Positions 31,619-39,745 of a stretch of 64,000 bases of DNA are shown in pieces. Each line of letters begins with the position of its first letter. Within the stretch, counting starts at the first letter, position 1. This DNA comes from Gemmatimonadota bacterium (GTDB lineage: Bacteria; Gemmatimonadota; Gemmatimonadetes; Gemmatimonadales; GWC2-71-9): NCBI GenBank assembly GCA_041487875.1, contig JBGPOE010000006.1, positions 11,913 through 75,912 on the forward strand. Direction: 5' to 3'. The notes under the pieces are model-generated. The model was not told the DNA's origin, did no database searches, and saw only the letters and a program-made list of their open reading frames with translations. Both the position numbers and the translations under genes were made by a program.

Positions 31619-32706
31619 TTATAGATCCGCGGCAACCGGACCCCAAGCCCCGCGAGGAACTCGTGCGGCAGCGCATCGCTCCACGCGGAGATTTGGCGCA
31701 ATGTGATCACCGCCCCGTCCGCCGACCCCACGAGCGTCGCCACGTCTCCCACCTGCGGGGGCGCGTCGCCTGTGTCCACCATGGTCAGATCCATCGTCAC
31801 GCGACCGACGACCGGCGCGCGGCGGCCGCCGAGCAGCACATGCGCATCGCCCGACCGCGCCAGCAAGCGGCGCACGCCGTCGGCGTACCCGATGCCGAGT
31901 GTGGCGACCGTTGTATCGCGCGGGGCGGTCCACGTCGCGTTGTAGCTCACGCTGTCGCCCGCGCGCACCCGCCGCACCGCCACCACGCGCGCCCGCACGC
32001 TGAGCACCGGCTTGGCATCCGGGAGGCCGTCGCCCGGCACGCCGCCGTACAGATAGACGCCCGGCCGCACGGCGTCGAACGCGAAGGCCCGGTCGCGCAG
32101 CGCGGCCGCGCTGTTCGCCACGTGCAGCACCGCGGGCCGCCGCGCCAGCCGCCCCAGTGCCTGGCGGAAGCGATCCAGCTGCATTTCGGCGGAGCCATCC
32201 CGGCGCTCAGCCGAATGAAAGTGGGTGAAACACCCCTCGAGGTACGGCGTGTCGAGCAGGTCCGCGAGCGGGTCCACGTCGTCCCACCGCACGCCGCTGC
32301 GCCCCATGCCGGTGTCGATTTCGAGGTGAAACGGCCCACCCCGGGCGCCGCGCGCGATCCACGCGGCGATGGCCGGCTCGTCGCCCAGCGCCGGCGTCAG
32401 CCGCTGCGCCTGGTGCGCGTCGAACAACTCGGCCCGCGCCGGCGTGAGCACGAGCACGGGGCGCGCGATGCCCGCGGCGCGCAGCTCGGCGCCTTCCTCG
32501 ATCGTCGCGACGCAGTAGCCCCAGGGATCGACCGCCTCCAGAGCCCTGGATACGGCAACGGCTCCCATCCCGTACGCATCGGCTTTGACCACCGGGAGGA
32601 GCCGCGTACCTGCCACGCGTGCAATCGTGCGGGCGTTTTCGACGACCGCGGCGAGGTCCACTTCGACCCAGGCGCGCGCGTCGCGCCCGCTCGTTGGCAC
32701 GTTCAC
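31615..32706 (-). CDS. alr: Alanine racemase
   Basis: ORF 31615..32706, 363 aa. PLP-lysine motif LLPVVKADAYGMGA. GTG start. Confidence 0.92.
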   Translation of the reverse strand: MNVPTSGRDARAWVEVDLAAVVENARTIARVAGTRLLPVVKADAYGMGAVAVSRALEAVDPWGYCVATIEEGAELRAAGIARPVLVLTPARAELFDAHQAQRLTPALGDEPAIAAWIARGARGGPFHLEIDTGMGRSGVRWDDVDPLADLLDTPYLEGCFTHFHSAERRDGSAEMQLDRFRQALGRLARRPAVLHVANSAAALRDRAFAFDAVRPGVYLYGGVPGDGLPDAKPVLSVRARVVAVRRVRAGDSVSYNATWTAPRDTTVATLGIGYADGVRRLLARSGDAHVLLGGRRAPVVGRVTMDLTMVDTGDAPPQVGDVATLVGSADGAVITLRQISAWSDALPHEFLAGLGVRLPRIYK

Positions 32707-32740
32707 AGGCGCGCGAAAGCTACGCGGCCCGTTCCCTAAA

Positions 32741-32749
32741 TGCTAGTTT
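32741..32749 (+). promoter_or_regulatory. Candidate extended -10 promoter TGCTAGTTT, 6 nt upstream of the mazG ATG (leaderless-type)
   Basis: Plus strand reads AAATGCTAGTTTCCGACCATG. The TGn motif directly precedes TAGTTT. There is no good -35 and no Shine-Dalgarno. Confidence 0.4.
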
Positions 32750-32755
32750 CCGACC

Positions 32756-33523
32756 ATGACTACGACCACACGACCCGCCGACGCGGCGCTCGGCCGCGCG
32801 CTCGCGTTGGTGCGAGACCTGCGCGCGCGTTGCTCCTGGGATGCAGCCCAGACGCCGGACACCCTGCGCCCCTATCTCGTGGAGGAGGCCCTCGAGCTCG
32901 ATCAGGCGATCCGTTCGGGCGATCCCCGCGAGGTAACGGACGAGCTGGGCGACCTGCTGCTGCAGCTCGCGTTTCACATCGTAATCGGCGAGGAGCGCGG
33001 CGCGCGCGACGCTGAAGCGGTCACCCGCACGCTGGAGGAGAAGATGTGGCGGCGGCATCCGCATCTCTTCGAGGGCGGTGCGAAACCGGAGTCCTGGGAA
33101 CTGGGGAAACGGGAAGGGGGAAAGGGGAAACGTGGGACCCTGGACGGGTTGCCGCGTACCCTGCCCGCGCTCCTGATGGCCTACCGTCTTCAGGAGCGCG
33201 CGGCGGGCGTCGGCTTCGATTGGCCGGATGCCACGGGGCCGCTCGATAAGGTGAAGGAGGAAACCGGCGAGGTGGAACGGATAACGGAGAACGGACAACG
33301 GACAGCCATCGCAGAAGAGCTCGGCGACCTCCTCTTCGCCGTCGTCAATCTCGCCCGCAAACTCGGCGTCGAGCCCGGCCAGGCGCTCGAGAAGGCCAAC
33401 GACAAGTTCACGCGACGCTTCGGCGCGGTGGAGCGGCTGGCGGAAGAACGGGGGATCGCGCTGGGGAGAGCGAAGCTGGAGGAGCTGGACCGGCTGTGGG
33501 ACGAGGTGAAGGCGCGGGGCTAG
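32756..33523 (+). CDS. mazG: Nucleoside triphosphate pyrophosphohydrolase MazG
   Basis: ORF 32756..33523, 255 aa. Tandem MazG domains: EEALELDQAI...DELGDLLLQL...RHPHLF and EETGEV...EELGDLLFAVVNLAR. Confidence 0.92.
   Translation: MTTTTRPADAALGRALALVRDLRARCSWDAAQTPDTLRPYLVEEALELDQAIRSGDPREVTDELGDLLLQLAFHIVIGEERGARDAEAVTRTLEEKMWRRHPHLFEGGAKPESWELGKREGGKGKRGTLDGLPRTLPALLMAYRLQERAAGVGFDWPDATGPLDKVKEETGEVERITENGQRTAIAEELGDLLFAVVNLARKLGVEPGQALEKANDKFTRRFGAVERLAEERGIALGRAKLEELDRLWDEVKARG
33096..33137. repeat. Degenerate G-rich heptanucleotide repeat inside mazG
   Basis: GGGAACT GGGGAAA CGGGAAG GGGGAAA GGGGAAA CGTGGGA. Encodes ELGKREGGKGKRG in the inter-domain linker. Confidence 0.75.
33276..33303. 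repeat. AACGGAN heptanucleotide repeat x4 inside mazG
   Basis: AACGGAT AACGGAG AACGGAC AACGGAC. Encodes RITENGQRT. Same unit family as the right arm of the hairpin at 36796..36821. Confidence 0.85.
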
Positions 33524-33849
33524 ACCGTCTCGAACTTCCCCAGACACACTTCGAGATCGCACAGCTCGGCGAGCCGGGCGTCGAGTGCCGTGTACTCGGC
33601 GTCGAAGCGCTGATTGAACTCCTCATACGCATCGCGCGAGTCCCAGCGGTCGATGGTCCAGTAATAGGCGAGCTCGCCGCCCGTGTCCGCGGGTCCGTCG
33701 TCGTCGCGCTGCGCGCGCAGCAGCTCCGCGCCGCGGAACGCATCGCTGCGCTTGAAGAACGCCGCCCAATCGCCGTCCGGCCCGTACGCGCGCTCGAACT
33801 CCACGATGCGGTTCGCGGCGATCTGGAATTCCCACACGATCACATACAC
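33520..33849 (-). CDS. Antibiotic-biosynthesis-monooxygenase (ABM)-like small protein
   Basis: Last 109 codons of ORF 33520..33960 starting VYVIVWEFQIAANRIVEFERAYGPDGDWAAFF. Its stop shares the CTAG tetranucleotide with the mazG stop. Confidence 0.7.
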   Translation of the reverse strand: MYVIVWEFQIAANRIVEFERAYGPDGDWAAFFKRSDAFRGAELLRAQRDDDGPADTGGELAYYWTIDRWDSRDAYEEFNQRFDAEYTALDARLAELCDLEVCLGKFETV

Positions 33850-33850
33850 G

Positions 33851-35149
33851 TCACGGCCACAGCTTGTACAGCGTCCGCGGGAACGCGATGGCCTCGCGGA
33901 TGTGCGGGATGCCGCAGATCCAGGCCACCGTCCGCTCCACACCCAGGCCGAACCCCGCATGGACGAAGGTGCCGTACTTGCGGAGATCCAAGTACCAGCC
34001 GTAGGACTCTTCCGGCAGCTTCTCCTCGCGGATGCGGTGCAGCAGCTTGTCGTAGTCGTCTTCGCGCTGGCTGCCGCCGATGATCTCGCCGTATCCCTCC
34101 GGCGCGAGCATGTCGTTGTTCAGCACGGTGCGCGGGTCGGCGGGGTTTTCCTTCATATAGAAGGCCTTCACGCCCTTGGGGTAGTTGAACACCATCACGG
34201 GGCGGTCGAACTGCTTGGCGAGGAGCGTTTCGTCTTCGCCGCCGATGTCACGCCCCCAGGCCATGTCGGAGCCCAGCGCCTTGAGCTTTTCCACTGCGTC
34301 GGTGTATGAAATTCGCGGGAATGGCGGCTGCACGCGCGCGAGCGGCGCGGTGTCGCGCTCGAGCTCGGCAAGCTCGCTCTTCCGCCGCTCGAGACAACGC
34401 GCCACGATATAGCTGACGAACGCCTCTTGCAGCGCCATGTTGGCGTCGGAGTCGTTCCAGGCGACCTCGGGCTCGACCATCCAGAATTCGGTGAGATGGC
34501 GCCGCGTCTTCGACTTCTCGGCGCGGAACGTGGGCCCGAAGCAGTAGACCTTGCCCAACGCGGCCGCCGCGGCCTCGACGTAGAGCTGGCCGGTCTGCGC
34601 GAGATACGCCTTGCCGAGGTCGAAGTAGTCGGTGGCGAAGAGATTCCCCGCCGACTCGCCGATGGACCCGGTGAGGATGGGCGTATCCACGAGCGTGAAC
34701 CCCTGCTCGTGGAAGAAGTCGCGGATCGCCTGGATCGCTTCGTGGCGCACCCGCGCGATCGCCACCTGCCGGCGGCTGCGCAGCCACAGGTGGCGATGCT
34801 CGAACAGGAACGCGGTGCCGTGCTCCTTGGGCGTGATCGGGAAGTCGGGACTCGGGCCCACGATCCCCAGGTCCGACACCGTGAGCTCGACGCCACCCGG
34901 ACCGCGCGGATCGGCGCGGACGGTGCCGGTCACCGCGACCGACGTTTCCTGGGTTAGTTTCCCGAACGCGTCCCAGGCCGCGTCGGGGACGTCCTTCTTG
35001 GAGAGGACCGCTTGCAGGTATCCCGTGCCGTCGCGCAGTACGATGAACGCGATCTTGCCGCTCGACCGGGTGGTCATCACCCAGCCGCGCACGGTCACCG
35101 TCTGCCCCACCAAGGGGGGCAACGCGTCGATACGATGAGACGCAGGCAT
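33851..35149 (-). CDS. asnS: Asparagine--tRNA ligase
   Basis: 432-aa part of ORF 33851..36343 starting [24 protein letters not shown]. Class II motifs [19 protein letters not shown] and GFGLGVER. Confidence 0.95.
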   Translation of the reverse strand: MPASHRIDALPPLVGQTVTVRGWVMTTRSSGKIAFIVLRDGTGYLQAVLSKKDVPDAAWDAFGKLTQETSVAVTGTVRADPRGPGGVELTVSDLGIVGPSPDFPITPKEHGTAFLFEHRHLWLRSRRQVAIARVRHEAIQAIRDFFHEQGFTLVDTPILTGSIGESAGNLFATDYFDLGKAYLAQTGQLYVEAAAAALGKVYCFGPTFRAEKSKTRRHLTEFWMVEPEVAWNDSDANMALQEAFVSYIVARCLERRKSELAELERDTAPLARVQPPFPRISYTDAVEKLKALGSDMAWGRDIGGEDETLLAKQFDRPVMVFNYPKGVKAFYMKENPADPRTVLNNDMLAPEGYGEIIGGSQREDDYDKLLHRIREEKLPEESYGWYLDLRKYGTFVHAGFGLGVERTVAWICGIPHIREAIAFPRTLYKLWP

Positions 35150-36265
35150 CAGCGCGGCATTGTAGTGGCAGCCATTTTCGCTGTCAACGCGACGGCCTGT
35201 GTGCCCCCGACGCGCGTGGGCCCAGACCGCCAGGAGCAGAGCTGGAGCACGTTCCTGGGCGCCCCCGGGCACGACGTGTCCGCCGCTGAATCGCTCAACC
35301 CCGACCCCCGGCCCGTGTGGAAGACCGTCGTCGGTCGCGCGGTCCGCGGCGAAGCCGCGATCGGCGAGTCGGTGATCGCGGTGGGTGTCGTGGATCGCAA
35401 CGTCGTGCTCCTCGACCGCGCCACCGGCCAGATCTTCTGGCGCGCCCACATGCCGGGCACGATCCACGGCGGACCCCTGCTCGACGCCGACCGGCTGTAC
35501 GTCGCCACCGAGGCGTCCCCCGAGGGTAGAGTGGTAGCGCTGCGTCTGCGCGATGGCCGCACGGTGTGGACCCGCAACAGCGGCAGCGTGGTGGCGCCGC
35601 TCGCCTTCGACGGCGCCGAGTTGTTCACCGGTACCGAGACGGGGCTGGTGCTGCGCCTCGATCCGGATCAAGGGTCCGTCGTGTGGCGGCGGCAGCTGTC
35701 GGGCGCCGTGCGCGCCGCACCGGTCGTGACGCCGGATGGGCTGGTCGTGGCCACGACCAACGACACGGTCTACCTGCTCGACCGCGCCACCGGCGCGATC
35801 ACCACCAAGCTCGCTACACCGGGCACCATTCTCGCGGGACCGGCGTACGGGCAGCACCGCGTGTACGCCGGTACGACCGCCGGTCACATCCTCGCGCTCG
35901 ACCTTCCGGCATTGACCGTCGCCTGGGACCGGACCGCGGGCGACGGCGTGCTCGGCGCGCCGGCCCTGGTGCACGACACGGTTTTCGCGCTGACGCGCGC
36001 GGGCGTGCTCTGGCTCATCCCCGCCAGCCGCCCCGCCGACGCGGTCTCGCACGCGCTCGGCATCGTCGCCCGCGCGGGACCGACCCCCACGGCCTCGGGG
36101 GTGCTGGTCGGGAGCGTGAGCGGCGAGGTGCTGCTGGTGGACCGCGCCGACGGCGCGGTGTTGTGGCGCGCCAAGCTCGATGGGCCGATCGAAGAGGCGC
36201 CTATCGTCCGCGACCGCACGCTGGTGGTGATCGGCGGGCGGGGCGACATTCATACCTATCGATGA
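35135..36265 (+). CDS. PQQ-like beta-propeller lipoprotein (BamB-like)
   Basis: 376-aa part of ORF 35012..36265 starting [22 protein letters not shown] (lipoprotein-type signal). Repeated propeller blades ([38 protein letters not shown]). If correct, the start at 35135 overlaps the asnS start by 15 nt. Confidence 0.72.
   Translation: MRRRHQRGIVVAAIFAVNATACVPPTRVGPDRQEQSWSTFLGAPGHDVSAAESLNPDPRPVWKTVVGRAVRGEAAIGESVIAVGVVDRNVVLLDRATGQIFWRAHMPGTIHGGPLLDADRLYVATEASPEGRVVALRLRDGRTVWTRNSGSVVAPLAFDGAELFTGTETGLVLRLDPDQGSVVWRRQLSGAVRAAPVVTPDGLVVATTNDTVYLLDRATGAITTKLATPGTILAGPAYGQHRVYAGTTAGHILALDLPALTVAWDRTAGDGVLGAPALVHDTVFALTRAGVLWLIPASRPADAVSHALGIVARAGPTPTASGVLVGSVSGEVLLVDRADGAVLWRAKLDGPIEEAPIVRDRTLVVIGGRGDIHTYR
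35159..35187 (-). promoter_or_regulatory. Near-consensus sigma-70 promoter TTGACA-17-TACAAT, 9 nt upstream of the asnS ATG
   Basis: Minus strand reads GCGTTGACAGCGAAAATGGCTGCCACTACAATGCCGCGCTGATG. The -35 is at 35182-35187 and the -10 at 35159-35164. It lies inside the 5' end of the divergent lipoprotein CDS. Confidence 0.7.
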
Positions 36266-36753
36266 TCCGCCCCGCCGTCGTGCTCGCGCTCGCCGGGCTC
36301 GCTGCGATGCCACTCGCCGCGCAGCAAGCGGCGCCCCGCCCACCCGCGGGCGGCGCCAGCCGTCCGTTGGTGCATTGGGGCAAGTGGGCCACGGCCGCCG
36401 GCGCCGTCGCCCTCACCGCCATGGGCGCCCGCGAGCACGGCTACTCCGATCGCGAGTGGAACCAGCTGCTCGATATTTGCCGGAACAACAACGGCGATTG
36501 CACGGTGGGTCCCAGCGGACGCTATCTCAACGCCAACGCCGAGTTGTTGTATCAGGCGTCGCTGCAATTCGATCGCCGGGCGCGCGGCTGGCTGTTGGGC
36601 GCGCAGGCCGCGGCACTCGCCACGGCGGCGCTGTTCATCGCCGACTTGCGCCACCATTCCGACGGGCCGGGGAATATTCCGTTCCACCCGGTGTCGGTGG
36701 ACGTCGTGCCGACGCGCGACGGTGCACGGCTGACGATGCGGGTGACCTTCTGA
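36262..36753 (+). CDS. Secreted hypothetical protein
   Basis: Last 163 codons of ORF 35566..36753 starting [22 protein letters not shown] (signal peptide). ATG 36262-36264 overlaps the upstream stop (ATGA). No recognisable domain. Confidence 0.6.
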   Translation: MIRPAVVLALAGLAAMPLAAQQAAPRPPAGGASRPLVHWGKWATAAGAVALTAMGAREHGYSDREWNQLLDICRNNNGDCTVGPSGRYLNANAELLYQASLQFDRRARGWLLGAQAAALATAALFIADLRHHSDGPGNIPFHPVSVDVVPTRDGARLTMRVTF

Positions 36754-36762
36754 GAACGTTCT

Positions 36763-36819
36763 CCGTTGTCCGTTCTCCGTCGTCCGTATTCACATCGGAT
36801 AACGGATAACGGACAACAG
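36763..36819. terminator. Bidirectional terminator-like hairpin made of heptanucleotide repeats
   Basis: Left arm CCGTTGTCCGTTCTCCGTCGTCCG (36763-36786), 9-nt loop, right arm CGGATAACGGATAACGGACAACAG (36796-36819). By hand alignment, 20 of 24 positions are complementary. It fills the gap between convergent stops at 36751-36753 (+) and 36828-36830 (recG). No U-tract. Confidence 0.6.
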
Positions 36820-36827
36820 ACCACGCC

Positions 36828-38891
36828 TCACCCCACTCTAAAGAGCTCGAACCCTCTCTCATACTTCGCCACGATTCGCTGGCGGTACGCCGCGTGCTCC
36901 GGCTGGGCCAGCGCCGGATCGGCCTCGATGATGCGCCCGGCCGCCTTGCGGGCCGCCTCGAGCAGCGGCAGATCGGTCTCGAGATTGGCATAACGCAGCG
37001 GCACGCCGCCCGACTGGCGTGCCCCGGCGAGCTCGCCCATGCCGCGCTGCTTCAAGTCCAGCTCGGCGATCACGAAGCCGTCGGTCGTGTCGCAGAAGGC
37101 CTGCAGGCGTGCCGCGGCCTCGGCCGACTCCGACAGCAGAATGCAGTGGCTCGCCGCCGTCCCCCGCCCCACCCGCCCGCGCAGCTGATGCAGCTGCGCC
37201 AATCCGAAGCGCTCGGCATGTTCGATCAGCATCACGGTCGCGTTCGCCACGTCGATGCCCACCTCGATCACACTGGTGGCCACGAGGACTTGGATCGCGT
37301 TGTCGCGGAATGCGCGCATGGTCCGGTCGCGCTCCTCGGGCTTCAGCCGGCCGTGCACCAATCCCACCTTGAAATCCGCGAACACCTTCTTCAGCTCGCC
37401 CGCCATCGTCGTGGCCGCCCGCAGGTCCGCCTTTTCGGACTCGTCGATCACGGGATAGATGACGTACGCCTGACGTCCCGCCGCGCATTCCGCCCGAATG
37501 AACTGATAGATCTTGGCGCGCGCCGATTCCCCGCGTAGCGCCGTCTTCACGGTGCCGCGGCCCGGCGGGCGCTCACGTATCTGGGTGACGTCGAGATCGC
37601 CGTACAGCGTGAGCGCGAGCGAGCGCGGGATGGGCGTCGCCGTGAGGAGCAGCACGTCGGGCGCGTCGCCCTTTTCCACCAGCGCCGCACGCTGCTCCAC
37701 GCCGAAGCGGTGCTGTTCGTCCACCACCGCGAGGCCGAGCCGCCGGAACACGACCGATTCCTGGATCAAGGCGTGCGTCCCCACCACCAGGCGCGCCCCG
37801 CCCGATGCGATGCGCTCCTTCGCCGCCGCCTTCTCGAGCGTGGTGAAGCGCCCGAGCAGCAGCTCCGGGCGCAGCGCGAGCGGCTCGAGCAGCCGCGTCA
37901 GGGTGGCGTAGTGCTGCTCCGCGAGCAGCTCCGTGGGCGCCATGATCGCCGCCTGGTAGTCGTTCTCCACCGCCAGCAGCATCGCGAACAGCGCTACCAC
38001 CGTCTTCCCTGTGCCCACGTCGCCCATCAACAGCCGGTGCATGCGCAGCGGCGCCGTCATGTCGTCGGTGATTTCGCGCACGGCATGGCGTTGATCCGCG
38101 GTGAGCTCGAACGGCAAGGTCTCCTTGAGCCGCGTGGTGAGCTCACGCTTCAACTCGAAGCGAATGCCGCGCCGCGCGCGTTTGGCGAGCTGACGGGCCC
38201 GCGCCTGCACCAGCTGCTGATCGAACAGCTCATCGAAGGCGAGCCGGCGGCGGCCTCGTTCGGCATCGGCGGGCGAGCCCGGCTGGTGCACCGCGGCCAG
38301 CGCGTCCCGTAGCGGCGACAGCTCGAGCGCCGCGCGCAACCGGGCCGGGTGCGGATCCTCCACCACGCCGAGCAAGGCCGGCAGGTTCTGCTGGATCAGT
38401 GTCCGGATCTGGCGGTGGGTGAAGCCGTCGGTCGCGGGATAGACGGGCAGGACCACACCCCGCTCGGGCGCGTCCTCCCCTACATCGGCCAGCACGATGA
38501 ACTCGCGCGGCGCGAGCTGGCGCCCGTGGTAGTAGCGCACCGGGCCCGTCACGAGGAGCAGCTGCCCCGCCTTGACCTGACGCTCGAGAAACGGCTGCCC
38601 CGGCCACGCGCACTCGAGGCGGCCGCTGTCGTCCTTCAATACGGCGTGGAACACGCGCAGGCCGCGCCGGGTCGGCAACACGCCCGTGCTCTCGACCCGT
38701 CCGACACAGGTGACTTCCTCGCCCACGCGCGCGCGCGCCACGGGCGTCACCGCGGTGGCGTCGAGATAGCGGTGCGGTACGTGGTACAACAGGTCGCCCA
38801 CCGTGCGCACGCCGAGGCGCTGCAGGGCTTCGGCGCGCTTGGGGCCCACGCCTTTCAGGAATTGGATCGGGGTCGTGTATTCGAGCGCCAT
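36828..38891 (-). CDS. recG: ATP-dependent DNA helicase RecG
   Basis: ORF 36828..38891, 687 aa. Wedge-domain N-terminus, Walker A GDVGTGKT, and DEQHRFG. Confidence 0.94.
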   Translation of the reverse strand: MALEYTTPIQFLKGVGPKRAEALQRLGVRTVGDLLYHVPHRYLDATAVTPVARARVGEEVTCVGRVESTGVLPTRRGLRVFHAVLKDDSGRLECAWPGQPFLERQVKAGQLLLVTGPVRYYHGRQLAPREFIVLADVGEDAPERGVVLPVYPATDGFTHRQIRTLIQQNLPALLGVVEDPHPARLRAALELSPLRDALAAVHQPGSPADAERGRRRLAFDELFDQQLVQARARQLAKRARRGIRFELKRELTTRLKETLPFELTADQRHAVREITDDMTAPLRMHRLLMGDVGTGKTVVALFAMLLAVENDYQAAIMAPTELLAEQHYATLTRLLEPLALRPELLLGRFTTLEKAAAKERIASGGARLVVGTHALIQESVVFRRLGLAVVDEQHRFGVEQRAALVEKGDAPDVLLLTATPIPRSLALTLYGDLDVTQIRERPPGRGTVKTALRGESARAKIYQFIRAECAAGRQAYVIYPVIDESEKADLRAATTMAGELKKVFADFKVGLVHGRLKPEERDRTMRAFRDNAIQVLVATSVIEVGIDVANATVMLIEHAERFGLAQLHQLRGRVGRGTAASHCILLSESAEAAARLQAFCDTTDGFVIAELDLKQRGMGELAGARQSGGVPLRYANLETDLPLLEAARKAAGRIIEADPALAQPEHAAYRQRIVAKYERGFELFRVG

Positions 38892-39745
38892 CAGCCGCTC
38901 ACGAGCCGCTGCGCGTAGGCGCGGGCGTCGAACGGCTCGAGATCGTCGAGCGTCTCGCCCGTGCCGAGGAAGCGGATGGGGACGTCGACGGCACGGCGCA
39001 ACGCCACGACGGCGCCGCCTTTCGCGGTGCCGTCGAGTTTCGTGACCACGAGGCCCGTCAGCGGCACCGCGGCGGCGAACTGCTCCGCCTGGCGCACCGC
39101 GTTCTGGCCCACCGTGGCGTCGAGCACGAGCAGCGACTCGTGTGGCGCGTCGCCGCCCGGGTGCCGCTGCGCCATCACCCGCACGATCTTCTTGAGCTCC
39201 TCGAGCAGCCGCGTCTCCGTGTGGAGCCGCCCCGCCGTGTCGACGAGCAGCGTGTCCACGCCCCGCGCACGCGCCGCCGCGAGCGCGTCGAACGCCACGG
39301 CGGCGGGATCGCCCTGGCCGCTCCGCGCCCCCACCAACGGCAGGCCCAGTCGATCCGCCCAGATCTGCAGCTGCTCGATGGCCCCGGCGCGGAACGTATC
39401 GGCTGCCGCGAGCAGCACGGTCCGGCCTTCGCGTTGCACGCGGTAGGCGAGCTTCGCGACCGTGGTCGTCTTGCCCACACCGTTCACGCCGAACACCAGG
39501 ATCACGGTCGGCGGCGTGCCCGCCCGCCGCAGCACCCCCGGCTCACCGGCGGCCGCCAGCAGGCGCTCGACTTCGCGCGCCAACGCCGCTTCGAGATCGT
39601 CCCCCGGAGTGTCGCTCACCGCCGCGAGCAGCGCAGCGGTCGCGGCCGGGCCGAAGTCCGCCTCCAGGAGGATGCGCTCCGCCTCGGCGCGGGCGGCGGC
39701 GTCGCGCCGCGCGAACACGCCGCGCAGCCGCTGCCACAGCCCCAT
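38891..39745 (-). CDS. ftsY: Signal recognition particle receptor FtsY (short form)
   Basis: Last 284 codons of ORF 38891..40501 starting MGLWQRLRGVF: GVNGVGKTTT, DTAGR, TKLDGTAKGG. One-nt TGATG overlaps at both ends. Confidence 0.93.
   Translation of the reverse strand: MGLWQRLRGVFARRDAAARAEAERILLEADFGPAATAALLAAVSDTPGDDLEAALAREVERLLAAAGEPGVLRRAGTPPTVILVFGVNGVGKTTTVAKLAYRVQREGRTVLLAAADTFRAGAIEQLQIWADRLGLPLVGARSGQGDPAAVAFDALAAARARGVDTLLVDTAGRLHTETRLLEELKKIVRVMAQRHPGGDAPHESLLVLDATVGQNAVRQAEQFAAAVPLTGLVVTKLDGTAKGGAVVALRRAVDVPIRFLGTGETLDDLEPFDARAYAQRLVSG

Noticed and set aside
32756-33523. mazG as part of a MazEF toxin-antitoxin locus.
   Set aside because: This is the NTP pyrophosphohydrolase MazG with tandem MazG domains. 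No mazE- or mazF-like small ORFs are adjacent.
35012-35134. Longer start (35012) for the BamB-like lipoprotein ORF.
   Set aside because: The extra 41 residues ([31 protein letters not shown]...) have no signal-peptide character and would lie antisense across 138 nt of asnS. The ATG at 35135 gives a classic lipoprotein signal.
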